A stretch of 64,000 bases of DNA from Pavona decussata. Its lineage: Eukaryota. Each line of letters begins with the position of its first letter. Position 1 is the first letter of the stretch. The position numbers and the translations under genes are program-made. The notes below the pieces were generated by a model. That model did not search any database. It worked only from the letters and a program-made list of their open reading frames with translations, and was not told the origin of the DNA. Positions 33,476-47,600 of this stretch are shown one piece after another. Location of the stretch: positions 682,001 through 746,000 of the forward strand of contig CDRNST010000281.1 in NCBI GenBank assembly GCA_977016875.1. The letters run 5' to 3'.

Positions 33476-36400
33476 ACAGAAACTACTCCCGACAGCGACC
33501 TTACAAGCCATGCGCAGTTGAAAATGTTTCGTACCGGTCAGTCCCGCTATCCGGGGCTGAGGTGTTCATATGGGAAAAAATTGTCAGCTCGGTTACCGAG
33601 ATCTCGGCAAAAAACCGAGGTCTCGGAAACTTGGCCTGCCCGCCCTCACGTATGAACACATCAAAATTTTTGTGAAGGAAAGAGTGGCAAGGCGAGATCT
33701 CGGAAACTGAGCCAGCCCGGTTGACCGGGTTCCTTAGTTGGTCGTTTAAATCAGTTTTATTTTTAAATTGTTATCTTGTAACTGATGTNNNNNNNNNNNN
33801 NNNNNNNNNNNNNNNNNNNNNNNNNNNNNNNNNNNNNNNNNNNNNNNNNNNNNNNNNNNNNNNNNNNNNNNNNNNNNNNNNNNNNNNNNNNNNNNNNNNN
33901 NNNNNNNNNNNNNNNNNNNNNNNNNNNNNNNNNNNNNNNNNNNNNNNNNNNNNNNNNNNNNNNNNNNNNNNNNTCTTTTATCTGGGAGATTTGTGGCCCG
34001 TACGGATGACCGGGAGATTCGTTCCGTATTCGGGGGAGTTGCAATCTCTGGTCTCGGGTCCATATTTATACTGGTGGACACTAAGAGACGCTTAACCAGA
34101 CGCCGGAAGCCGTTTTTCCAAGATCGTCCCACATGGGTTATGAGTTTCTAGTACAAATACGGCGACTCTACTGTAGTAAGGACTTAGAAAACTAAAAACA
34201 GAAACGAAAAGAAAAGAAAAAGGGAAGAAAACATCCGGAGGTATATGCTGTCTGTGATATTTCAATATTAAAATATTGCGGCTTTTCACAACTCTTATCG
34301 CAAATGCTGAGCTCAAAAACACATAACGCGGAACAACAGCTGCTCTCAGGAATAGCTGGATTAGGCCTTTAACATTCGATTTCATGTCACTGCTGTTAGG
34401 AAAACGGTAGAACGGTTTATCAGCGAATATTCCGAATCGTGTCATGCAAGTGCAAACTCCAGCGTTGTTTTTCAATTCTTGATCATGGCCTGGCTACATC
34501 TAAGTAAATATTTCTTAGCTAGTGAAGGAAATTAGCAAACTTTGGCTCAGAAACAACACGGTCTGACGTCAACAAGCACAGTAATTGCAAAGACTGAAAT
34601 GTGTAGGGTTGTCAAATGTCAATTAAAGTCGCTTCTTCTTCTACTGGTTCTGTTAGCTTCTACTTTTTCTTCATTTTTTTTTTAATTAAAAACAAACACC
34701 ATATTTTCCATGAGGATCATAATTAACACATCAGGGTGCAAAGTGGTACCGACCGGAGTGCTTTATAATTATACGAATATGATTCGGTTGTTTAACGTTT
34801 TACAATAGGCTCTGACAGATATTCCATTTTTGCTTCCTTTGTTTATATAAAATAAAATAATTAGAATAATTCGATCTTTAACGGGAAAATATTGAGTTAT
34901 CTTCCATTACTGACGCCAAAACGTAGACTAAATGCAATTAATTCAAAGTAGATTTTTCCCTGTATGTCGAGAGGACTCGATTTTTATCTTTTTCTTTAAC
35001 CATGTAAGGTGTTTACCTAAATTTTGTTGAGGCACTTTTTCAAAACTGAAAAATTAAAAAAGGATGATTTTCTAACAAGCACTAACGATCAAAACTAGTT
35101 GAACGTCTCATTGCATGAGAGAATAAAATATTGTCAGAAATTAATTGTTGCACTGTAAAGTCCACCTTAGTTGTTTTAGGTGTTTATCGATCGTTTTGCG
35201 GCAACAATTTTTTCCTGTGCTAATAAAAAAAACTAAGTATAATAAAACGTCTTAGTCACCAGTAAAATGATAAATAAAACAATAGGTTTCAAACCAACGC
35301 GCTGAGTCTGTGGTCAACAAGCTATTATAAACAAACTAGAATTCTACCTTTGTTTATATGCTAATTACCAGAGTTAATTTTCTTGCGGGAACTCCCACTC
35401 AATATTTGAAAAAGGTGCTAACATCGTTTGCCGTTTTCAAAATCCTGTTTACAATATCCAGTCTTCCAGGCGGGTTCATCTGTTCGTATTCTTTAGCTGA
35501 ACTTTTAAGTCGGAAAATTTATCTATTTATTTATTAACTTACAATTCTTTGAGATATTGGGAGAATAACCAGAGTAAAGTCGCAAAATTCAGCACTCAGC
35601 CGCTACAAATAATTTATGTACGTGACAAATCTTCTTCCTTTATTACTAATTACGACGCTAAGACACTTTAATTTACCCCCTACGCAATTGCCACCCGGGA
35701 TGCCTGTTCGCTGGCTAAAACTTCCTGTTTAGAATCTTTGAAAAAAAAAAAATAAAAAAAAAATAATATTAAAAACGTCACTCTCAGTACAATTGTGTAA
35801 GGGATCTTCGTTTTAGTCAAGCATAATATTTACGTCTTCTACATATCTCCCATTTTCCCTCTCTTATTTTCTTCCTGATAGAAATTATCAAGGAAGAAAA
35901 AAATGGTATTAGTGTCTACGTTAGTGTCTTCCCTTAAACGTCATCCGATAATCAATAATAGATGAGAAAGTGGTCTGGTGCCATTATTTAATTGTCATTC
36001 CCCGATGGATGACATCTTTCTCCATCCAATTGTGATCAATACTCACCTGCCACTTCCAACCCATATCTTTCTAGTTCTCGTATTCACCAATTATACACAC
36101 GGTGAATCATTGTTCGGGGTGTAAAGATCGTATCGGTTCGAGTTTGTTGATCTGCTCTTTATTGGGAAGTGTGGCTGCAGTACTACTCAGATGCCCAGAA
36201 AGGTAAAAAAAAAAAAAAATAAAATAATAATTGTAGCCATATAAACAAGTTCGGCCGCCGTTAGTGAACTTTATTTTCTTGGTCTTTAACATAGGGAATT
36301 TAAATATTACCACACAAAGAAGTTCGAGCATAACACGATTTTCCCAGTTCGTGAACTCGTTGCTTTTTATTTCTGGCCAACGATACGAGACTTAAAAACG

Positions 36401-36696
36401 CAAACAAAATAAAACGTTTTATGCCCTATTATAGGAGGTTTGGCAACCACAATGAATGAAAGGATTGCTCTCTTATGAGAAAATTACATGGTGCATCGTG
36501 TCCTTCAATAAAACCAAGTAGAGACGAGAGTCTTCGAGTCAAACTCATCAGGCACAATTTTGGCCCATGCCAGTGCACATTTGTCTTTCGATTTCGACCT
36601 ACTTCGCTTGTTTAGAAGAGAAACGTGCCCGGCGCGACCAGTGCAAATCTTGTTTTTGCTTGCAAAGTGTAAGTTTGTGCGTAGACAGTTTTCTAC

Positions 36697-37695
36697 GTTT
36701 AGCGTAAAATCCGGTGCTCCAATTTGTTAAAATGTTGTTTCCTTAAAAAATCTCGCATCATTTTACGACCGCCAAAACGTAAATTTTCACAAGTTGACGC
36801 ATCTTGATCCGTTCGTATTCTTAAGCTGAAAATTTTAAGGAACGGAATACTATTCCCGAAATTTACGAGCTGTTTTTGGCTTTTCGAAATGCTAGCGGGT
36901 CTTTTTCCACACTTTTACCTACATATTTTTCCTCCGAACACAAATGGGATGGTTTTTCAGCATTGCTAAAGTTTCAGGTAACCTTTCGTTAAAGATAACG
37001 CTTGTTGATCTTCACAATTTAATCCAAATTTCTGACTAAGACGGGTAATATCTTTTCGAAAGGATATTCCACTAAAATGAACTATTGATGCACCCGTAAA
37101 AGCCACATTGTTTGAGAAATCTGAAATTGTGGGAGATCTAAACAGTCTGCAAACACTAGCTTGGTAAAATCTACAACCCGGCGCAATTTATTGAAAGTAT
37201 TTTACTTTCTTCAACTAATACTTTACGCTGGAAAACATTATAGGTTGGGTTGCCTTTCGATCGTTATTTCGAGGCCGTATGAATTAACCGTGTTTAAAAA
37301 AAATGATTTCCGCGGTGATTGTGTTGTTTACCAAACAAGGAACAAGAAATGCAAGATTTCATGAAAAAGGTAGTTCGTAATCTTGAAAGAACAGGAGCTA
37401 TCTGAATAAAAAAAGGTATAGCGGTAAAAGAGTGAGGATATCATAATCCAATTTATACGGGGCTGTGCTGACGTTTTGCGCGGCAAAGTTTACCCCCGAT
37501 CTAAAATTACTGGCAAATTTGCTTACATCGTGTTCATCGCATGTCGCGACGTTTTATACTGATTTTTATAGTGAGACAGTGTTCTGTTCTGGATTTGAAG
37601 AGAGCGAAGCAAAAAGGTCGCCTTGGGTGAAAATTAAGAAAAAACCGGGGCTATTTAAAGAAGACGAACAAGGTCAAAGTCTAACCGCTCATCGA

Positions 37696-37730
<35 letters not shown>

Positions 37731-40700
37731 GAAAAAAAAAAAATCAGCTGGCAGCGAGCGGTGAAGGTTTGTGGTACAACCAGCCTGTTGTTGTTTGAAA
37801 ACCGTCCTCGCCGAAAGATATCGGGGCGAGTCGAATGAAAATAACTTCCTCGGCAGCTGAGGAATTCAGCGCTTCTCTATCGGGATGCCGGCTACGATCT
37901 AGCCACTTCCGCTGTTTTTGACCGGATGAAAAATTAGCAGCGAACTTCAGCTCTCAAAACCGATGGATGTATTGATCTAGCCGGTGGCGTCCTCTCACCA
38001 GACTTAACTTTTTCCATTACGATACCGTGGTTTCATCGAAAGAAGCGCGCGTACGCAAGATTTCCGCTTACTGCTTTAGGGACGGTAAATAATAAACCAT
38101 GCCAGTGACATAGATTGTCGCATTTAACTACATCTTACCTTTTTTTTTTGGCAATTCTTTAATATTATTTTTAACCTAGAGCTGAAGAGATAAATTTCGT
38201 CGACGACATATTTATCTTTAGTAATCTTCGAGTTGAAGATTTTTGTGGACAACTTGTCGCAGAAGCGCTAGCACACTTAATTTTTAGTTCATTCCTCTTC
38301 CATATGGAAACCAAACTTCACTGGATCTACATTTTCTGTGGGGACGGAAAAGATACCTCCGAGTATTCCTTCTGTAGGAACTCAAAGAGTTTTTCATAGC
38401 TGAAATGATGAATACAGCATATATCTTTATCGGTTTCTTGTTGATGTTTTTAAATTTCCATTTCATTATTTTTTTTTTCTATTTTAGTATGGCAGGTTGT
38501 TACTTCTCCATTTTTGATTTCCTTTTCCTCTGTTATCTTTGGGGAGCTTGGTTGCACACTGATGCCCAGCAAGGTGAGAAAACGAGTTTTAATTTGTTGC
38601 TAGTTCCAAACTAAAAGGCCTTATTAGCTTTTTTTTTTTATGTTAGAGGCGTTTACATCGTCTAAAACGTTAGACCTACAGACGCCCGTTTCTCGAATGT
38701 TCTGTTAACTTACCTGGCCGTAAAACTATCAGTGTATACACAATGTTCTTAGAATCGTTACTGATTATGAAAACCAAATATAATTTTCTTTATCCTTTGT
38801 TACAATTTATAATAAAGTTTCGATATAACACGTGCGCTGATTGGTTGAAACAGCGTGTTTTATCAGAGTACAGATGCATGGAGCAACGACTCGAGCAAAG
38901 CCTCGACTGTGCTCTGTTATGTTGTAAAGCACGCAGGAAGCGTCTAGCGCACTCAAGAAGTAAGGAGAAACACTCGACTGCGTCTAGTGTTTCCCCCTAC
39001 ACTTCTTTCATGCTCTAGCCACTTCCTGCGTGCTTTACAACAGAACCGAGCACAGCCGGGGCTTCTTTACTTGTTTATTATTGGGAAAAAATCCCGCTAA
39101 GCTATCACTCTTTGGACATGCAAAAATTTAAATGGATTTTTGAGCGAGAATTCTAGTTTAGGCAGGGTGCAAAATTCGACCAAGTCTGAATGTTAATTTA
39201 ACTTATTTTATTCTAGCAGTTAGACTTTCGATCCCCAATATCATTCGTTTCTTTCGATAAATTCTTAAATCATGAGGATCTTCTCTGTCTTGCATACTGC
39301 TGGTTAACCAACCGATGAGGGTAAAAGCGAATGAGTTTGCGAAATGGCATATAGCATGACGTGCGGAATGGCATAATTATGCAAAATTAAATAGAAGATA
39401 CGCGGAATGACTTAAATAACTATATTAACTGAAGAGCGCGTCCTGTTTGGCGCCAATTTTATAAGAGGAGCAGTTTTTTCGATGTTGCGTACTGTAGCCG
39501 AATATTAAACAATTAAACAACAGATCAAGGTTTCAAAAAAAGAAAAAAAAAAAAAAAAAAGTCTGGGATAGAAAAATGTCTTATCCCTGGTAAGGAAAAA
39601 CAGTGAAAGTGAAGAAATAAATGAATATTGTTTATAGTTTCCGCACTCAAGGAACTATGAGTAAATCCGTAGTAAATTATATTTTATGTTCACTTTTCTC
39701 CTTCCGACTTCGGTTGACAAAAATATTTTTATGACTATGAATATATGAAACATATCTCTAAACTGCAAATGAAAGATTAAGTAGAAGAAAGACCCTCGCA
39801 GCTATTTACGCAACTTTTAACTCAGCAGCTTCAAATAGAAAGCCTGAAAAACCTCAACGATGCCTGTAGGAAGTGTAATGGCTTTTAATAGCTACGTGCA
39901 TTGTAATAAATGTGAATTCGAGCTGTCGTTAAATATAACGACAGATTGTCGTGTTTGGTAATTGTGCTCATCATTTGTTTGGACCCTCAGCCCCTTATCA
40001 CACGATCATCACACCGTAAAACGAAAAAGGTCAATCACAAAGCCTATAATTTAGAAATCCCTTTGATCTTTCTTTCATTCTCTCTTTGTCAGGATTTTTT
40101 TATTCATCCTTGATTTTTTTCATAAAGATGTTTATGACCAAGAACTTTACTTTTCTTTTCGTAGGGAGATGTCGAAGTGTCAAATTTCTGCCACTAAAGC
40201 ATGGCTATTACCTAGAAGGTCACGTAATTTTGAATCTTACCATTGAAACCCAAATCAGATCATGTGAACATCGCTGCGTTATGGAGAGTGAATGCGTTTC
40301 AGTCAACATTGGTCCACCAATTGACAACAAAATAATTTGTGAGTTGAGTAATTCGGATCACTTCCAGCATCCGGAAGACGTTATGAGAAGGCCTGACTGG
40401 ACATATGGAGCCACTGGGGTATGAATTGTAGCTCTGAAAAAATAAATAAGTAGTTATGCGTTTGAAAATAACGGGGTTTTTAACATCACTAAAAATAGTG
40501 TGATAATTCAAACTGGACTAAACTGAACTTTTGATTCACTGATTGCAGCAGGTTTAAGAACTCATAATCCCGCTCCAAGGACAAAATCTTACCGGGACCT
40601 AACATGGTCAACAAACGGGTTAGATAAGAAGTGAACTTTGCTCAAAAGCAAAGCGAATCAACTTGTAGGGAAAATCACTGATTTAGCGGACTTAGGTAGG

Positions 40701-41673
40701 AAATAAGTCGATAATAAGGGTGTTTTCCATTTGTCAGAACTGTCCAGCCAGTTTATTTATTTTGGAAACGGAACGCTCCAATTCCGCTACACTTTTCAAT
40801 TTGTTCAAAATGACACGCTTGATCTCAGAAGGTGCCATTTTGAATAATTCAAGCAATCAACCCTTCGAACAATGATAGACTCCATTTATGGATCGGACGA
40901 GCCAGTCTGGCTGGCCAGTCCTGACAAATGGAAAACACCCAAGTGCTGACATTCAAATTGAAACGAATACTTAATACTTGAGCGCTGAATTGTTTAAAGA
41001 ACATCCAAGGGTCTGCTACAGCGCCGTGTTGAGATAAAGGCTTTAGCTTAATTACTCTTCAACTCTAGTTTTCAAGTTGTCTTATCAAAAAAAAGAAAAG
41101 AAAAAATAAACCTTAATCTTTACTGAAATATTTAAAGATTCAAAACACTACACAAAATAAACAACATAAAATGGCAAGGACACCGTACTCCTTTCGTTTT
41201 ATCTAAATTGTATGTTGAAATTATTCAGCTTAACCTCGAGCACCTGAAGCATATCGCAAGTTTTGGCGCCTTTCTCGGTTGATTGACACTTTGCTTTCTC
41301 TTTGCTTTAACGTTTCACTTTTTGCCTGCATTTATATTTATTGTAGGTTTTAACAAAATAATTAGTTTACGCGGACTTGCTTTTATCAAGTAATTATAAC
41401 CAGCTGAGTACTATGTGCCTCGTTTGTCAGTTTGAATTTGATATTGTGACTTAGCTTGAGAGGATATAAGCGTTGTATTATAAATGTGTTTTTTTTTTTT
41501 CATCAGAACCTTTGCTCGACCGTCAAACCTTGCATCAACAACGCCAAATGCCTGTCTGGCTACACTAACAAGAAGTACCTATGTGTATGTGCATCCGGAT
41601 TTAAAGGAGAAAATTGTGAAAATGGTAAAGTTTATTCAGCTCATTTAGTCAGCAATAATTTGCCTTTCCATTT
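36697..41673 (+). repeat. Second copy of the segmental duplication (upstream region plus exons 1-3); homology resumes at 43644-43771
   Basis: Collinear similarity with 1280-3300, 10213-10254 and about 10600-13852, including introns. Confidence 0.92.
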
Positions 41674-44600
41674 ATAATTAGCCTGTTTAATTTTATCCTT
41701 GCCTTATCAGTGTACTCATTCAATATAATTCACCAATTCTCCAGATATCGATGAATGCAACAACGGCATTCACAACTGCAACGGAAATGCAACCTGTATG
41801 AACACTGCTGGACACTTTAACTGTACTTGTAACGTGGGTTACAGTGGGGATGGTCACTTATGTTCAGGTATAATTTGTTGTCTTGTTTTCCAAGATGTAC
41901 GTTTGTGTTTAGATCATTATTTCGTTCCCAGCATAAAGCAAGTTCAGTTTCATTCTTGTTTGATCATTTTACGTCTCCTTTATTATGCTGGAAACATTTA
42001 GATATCGATGAATGCAGCGACGGCATGCACGACTGAAACGGAAATGCAACAGGTATGAACACTGCTGGACACTTTAACTCTACTTGTAACTCGGGTTACG
42101 GTGGGGATGGTCACTTATGTTCAGGTATAATTTGTTGTATTGTTTTCCAAGATGTTCGTTGGTGTTAACGTCATTTTCCTTTTCCTTTTTATAAAGCCGG
42201 TTCAGTTTCATTTTTGCCTGATCATTCTACGTCTTCTTTATTATGCTCGAATAATCTAGATATCGATAAATGCAGCAACCTTATCCACGTTTACAACGAA
42301 AATGCTTCCTGTATGAACACTTCTGGACACATAAACTGTACTTGATCCGCCCCTCGCTCAGATAAGACGTGAAAAATTTCTGCGTGCTCTGAGTTTGATG
42401 CAATTATCGGACCTTATCCGGACCGAAAAGTGTCTTTACGATCTGTACAAACGAAACCGTATAAGAGCCGTATAAGACCCTCTCTTAGATAAGGCGTGAT
42501 ACTATTCTAAGTGTCCTTAGTGGGATGCAATTAATGGACCGTAAACGGACCGAAAAGTGCCTTTATGATGTGTTTTTAGACCGTAACAGATTGTGAAACA
42601 ATACGGTTCGTGTAGCTGGTTTTTTTTTCAGTTTTTATCAGTTTGTCTATATTGGACAACCCTCAAAGACGTTGTGTATTGAATGTAACTCATGCCATTT
42701 ATAGTATATGACAGTCTCACTATTATTTTGCCGTATAACGCTATCACGGTATCAATTGACCAATATAATCACTGTCATTTTCCCTGATTTAAAATTAAAT
42801 TTATCTTTTGGTTTTCTCTATTGAGATATTAACGAGTGCACAACAGGAAATCACAGTTGCCATAGTGATGCTGAGTGCACGAACACTGAGGGATCACATA
42901 ACTGTACATGTAAAGCAGGATTTATCGGGGATGGACGTAATTGTACAGGTGGGTTTTAAGTCTAGCACCTTGGCAGATTACTATGATGACCATCTATGGT
43001 GATTGAATGGTTGACATCTTGGCTTTGAGTTTTAAAATCACTCATATTTCAAATAAATAACGACTGATTCAACACGCCATTCCTTCTTCCGCACCTATTT
43101 CTCCAGACCTCGCAGAAAAAAAGTAAACAATTTCCACTGAGTTGCAGAAACACGAATTCTGTACAAATATGTACCTGCTCGGTAAAAAGATCAGCGAAAA
43201 TAATCTTTCACTGAGATTTTGCATGACTACTTCCAACAATTTAGCCAGTGTCTGTGTAAAAACAACAGGGAAAGGAAATTTATGCCCCAGCAACTTTCTC
43301 CAAAGCACAAAGCCGAACAATATTGAATCAAAAGAGGAGATAGCGGCTTTGAGCCAATCAAAAGCGCTATAAAACAATGAATAATTTATGCATTAGCCTC
43401 GGCACTCTATGTCTTTTATGATTTGTTCCACAACTAGGTTTTCACCAACAATTAGCATTTATTTAAAAGCTTCAGAACCTAGAGTAGGCACGTTCAGGAA
43501 TATTTTTCAGTCGGAACGCATGTTATGGTCACCTCGTTATGACCACCGGTATTTCTTTGTATTTTGGAATTGAACAGTTTCTTAAAGAGAACACATTAAG
43601 CGCTCAATGTGTTTGGAAAGTCTGGTATATACTTCGTCGTACCTTCGATTGCGACAGTTGCAAAGTTGAAGACAAATATGCTACGAGCTGATTTAAAGTA
43701 CAACTTAGTTTATTGAAGAACATAACTTGTTAAAAATTTTATTATGACCATAATGAGTTGTCATTTGTGGCGGGAAAAAAAAATATCTATTTTTATTTAA
43801 CAATACGTATTTTAAAAACGTTTTAAGTGTTGAAAATAGTTTAAAGCTTTTGTCATACAAACTTTGGCCAAGGAGTTAATTTATTCTAATAGCCTTGTTA
43901 CGTAGAGTTGTAGATTTCAATGACGCTGAATTGTAATTTTGTCAAACTTTAATCAGCATTCGTGCAAAAGTTCTGCTAGATCCTTAAGATTTCAAACCGT
44001 ACACCTAAAAATCAATGACTGAACTTTCTTTTGCCAAAATATGAGAGGATTTGGGTCACTACCGGTCAGCTTTTTTTCTCGCTGAATTTAGATTATTTTA
44101 GGCTTTTACGCGATAGAGGAAAGTGCCCAGTTCGCTCACAAAAGAGCAGACATGAAAATAATTGCTATATTTTGACCAAGGAAGAATCATTGTATTAAAT
44201 TATAGTGAAGAACGTTTTGCAGCTATGGAAATTTCTGTTTAGGGAGAAGCTGATCACGAAAAGTGTAAACTTTCAAGTCCTCTCGTGGCTAAATCCGAGC
44301 TTTTAGTAGGGTGACTCACGCCGTGTGACGGAAAGTTCCTCTCGGACTTAGACAATGTTCGACTTGCAATCGCAATAGGTTTTCCCACCTCGTCCATGAA
44401 ACTGTGATTATACTGCACCAACTCCATGGTCTGATGCATCGGTGTCTAGCACAAACTTCCGCTCTCTGGTCGGGTAGGCCAAGACTCTACCGGACGAAAG
44501 TAAACCTTTCTGGCTGTCGAAACCCAGCTGACATTGCCCTGTCCAATCAAATTCTGTCTTTGCTTCTGTTAGCTTGTACGGTAGGTGAGCTATAGTTGAA

Positions 44601-47600
44601 AAATAAAGGATGAAACGGCGGTAATAAGAGGCAAGTCCAAGGGAGCTTTTGACCTCCATGCTGTTTTCTGGAATGGGCCATGCGCGAACTTGTTCTATAT
44701 TTCCAGGAACTGCAGTGATGCCTTCTTCTGTGACAATATGACCAAGATACGAAACCTGTTTCTGGTGGAGAAAACACTTCTTCGGCTTAAGTCTAAGTCC
44801 TGCACAGGTAAGTCGCTCAAACACCTTTTTTAGCCGCCCTAACTCTTCCTCGAATGTGCGTCTCATGAAAATCAGATCATCAAGGTAAATCAAGCACATT
44901 TTCCAATGTGGACCCTTCAAGACAAGCTCCATCAACCTTTCAAAAGTAATTGGTGCATTACAGAGTCCGAATGGCATCACATTCCATTCATACATGCCGC
45001 TTGTAGCTACAAATGCTGCCTTTTCCTGGGTAGATGCAGCGATTGCCATTTACCAGAAACCACAGGCAAGATCGAACATGGAAAACCATCTTGAGCAACG
45101 TAGAGCAGCGAGTGAATGGTCAACTTGAAGGCATCCTTCACTGTTGCTCCATTCAACACACAACCTCTGACTATTATCCTTTTAGTCACCAGCACAACTG
45201 GAGAGGACCAGGGACTTGACAATTCTTTCACCTTCCCCTGTTGCAAGAAATCGGTTACAGGTCGTCCGATTTCATCACGTTTCCGTGGACAGGTGCGTCG
45301 AGGCTGCTGTCGGATTGGAGGGGGGTTGGGGTGGGGAATTGCCTGTTTCAATTCTGTGCTGGGCCGTATGTGTGGTGCCCAAGTCCTCCTCGGAAAGGGA
45401 GAACGCATGTTGGTAATTTCACTGTAACTCCCGTAGTCTCCCCGTCTCACTCTCAGTGCTCCTTGTGAGAAGTTCTTGCAAGGACTCTGGTAAAGCCCTT
45501 TTAAGTGTTTCTTGTGATACATGCTGACTTATTACTCAAGCTTGGTCCACAACACGCTCGTGGTTCTCTTCATAAAGCTTCAGTGAAGTAACATCAACAA
45601 CCGGCTTAGCTAGAGCAACCACAGTCTCGGCAGCCAAGTTGCAAACTTCGTCAGAAACATTGAAAACACGCAAAGGAACCAATCTGTCCTCTTTAACATA
45701 CACCTGAGTCGTTGCAACATAAAGGCCCCCGTTGTTGCAAACGTGAGTTGAGACAAGGCTCCAACAATCGCATGCCTCACTGAGAGGCCTTTAGATCTAA
45801 ATTAGTGCGATGCTTGTGAACAGTAACTGGGACAGTCACCTCAGTGTTAAGTTCAATAATTGTTTATTGTCGCACCACACATCTGGAACTAAAAGGATGG
45901 TTCTTAAAATCAGAGCAATCCAAAACTTATCCATTAATCGTCCATACCCAGAATTCCTTTATCCCATATACATTTGAGACTTTTTAGTACCCAGGCGCAC
46001 CACAACATGTCCCACAACACGTGTTTTTGCCTGCTTACCATCAGCAAGAGCAATTTCAGGGTAGCTTAGCTCAAACTGAACTTGACACTAGCAGGTAAGG
46101 AATCACAAGTGAAACAATTGAACAAGCTGCACCAGTGTCGATTAACCACATAACACAATTTCCTCCAATAAAGCCTGGAAAATAAAGGCCTCTTAAGCTA
46201 TTGTTAGCTTGTGACCTGTCAATGGGGATATCAGGATAAATCTTTTCCTGCTTTGACGATGATTTTGGAAGAGCGTTGTTCCCATCAGGTCTTGTTGTGG
46301 GGTTAACATTACTCTCATTCTCGCATCCCCTTGACCCGTGGGCGACACCCTGCTGGTGTTTCCCGAACCTAAATCGGCTTGTTACAGAGACTTGTATTTT
46401 GGGTAGTTATGAAGGTAATGGCCAGACTCTTTGCAGTACCAGCATCGACTGAAATAACGTGAGGCAGGTGGGCTTTGTTGGCTTCCAGGCATGTTCAGAG
46501 ACATTAACCGGGTGAGCTGATGTATCTGCTGAACCAATTGCTGGAGAGCGACTTGCTGAGTCTCCTGAAGTTGTTCATGCAATTGAATGTCATGACATAA
46601 CATTTCCAACTGAGATTCAAACAAATGAGGCTCCCTGACAACTTCATCCGCAGAGCGAACCTTCGCCGAGCTTCTTCGCTAATCTCCATCCAAGAGACAA
46701 AATGCCTCAAGTTCACAAGCCAGTGACGAGGCTTCGTCCATGCTGCATGGTTTGTCTCTGCGTAGTCGCAGCCGATCGTCTTCGTCTTTGAACAGCATCA
46801 ATGAAATGTTTGACGGCAAATCTTTCTGATGCCAACAGACTTGCAGGGTGAATTTGGCGAATTGGACTTTGAAAATTTACTTTTGGATCCAGGGATGAAT
46901 CAGTTGCTGGTGTAAGCGGCTTCTCCGGTTTGAAAGGGTTAGTTGGCGTTGAACAAGTCATCCTTTGGAATCTTAAACCCACGTTTGAGTTTTCCACCAT
47001 TGTAAACAACACACAAGCAAAAATTCGAAACAGAACCACACTACGTTGAAATTCGGTCAACAAACCATCAAAACGTTTCCATTGACCACAGATTTCTGTT
47101 AATTTCGTTTTTTTCACTGCTGCCACCAATGCAACGCCATAATTTCCACAGTAAACACGGCGTTAAAATCTTTTAATCACAGTTCTACGTGATGGGTGTC
47201 GCTAATAACAATGGTTGAACTCTGTATAATTCCGGGATTCAGTAAGGATGAATGTCAGAAAAAAATTAGTCGTTACCATTTGTTGCCACAAAAGAAATAA
47301 AACTTTCAATGTTTCAGTATAAAATAATTCACAAGATACTTTACACAAAAAATGTTCTTCACAAAATGAATAAAGTCGAGGATCCTTTCTGTCCTTATTG
47401 CACAAATGTGGAGCAAACAGTCACCCATTTATTTGTATCCTGTTACATTGCTGTTTCCTTCTGGTCCGATTTCACTGGTTGGTGCCAGTGCATTTCCAAA
47501 GAAACTCTAACTCTATGCAGGAAAGAAATCAGATCATGTACGGCATCTTGAATAATTGGTCCTCTTGTTCAGCCCTAAACCATCTTATTCTTATTGGTAA

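Noticed and set aside
36697-41673. Uncollapsed haplotype (assembly duplicate) of 1280-13850
   Set aside because: The copies differ by many substitutions and indels, by independent insertions and by entirely different downstream exons, which favours true paralogy. Read depth would be needed to exclude it fully.
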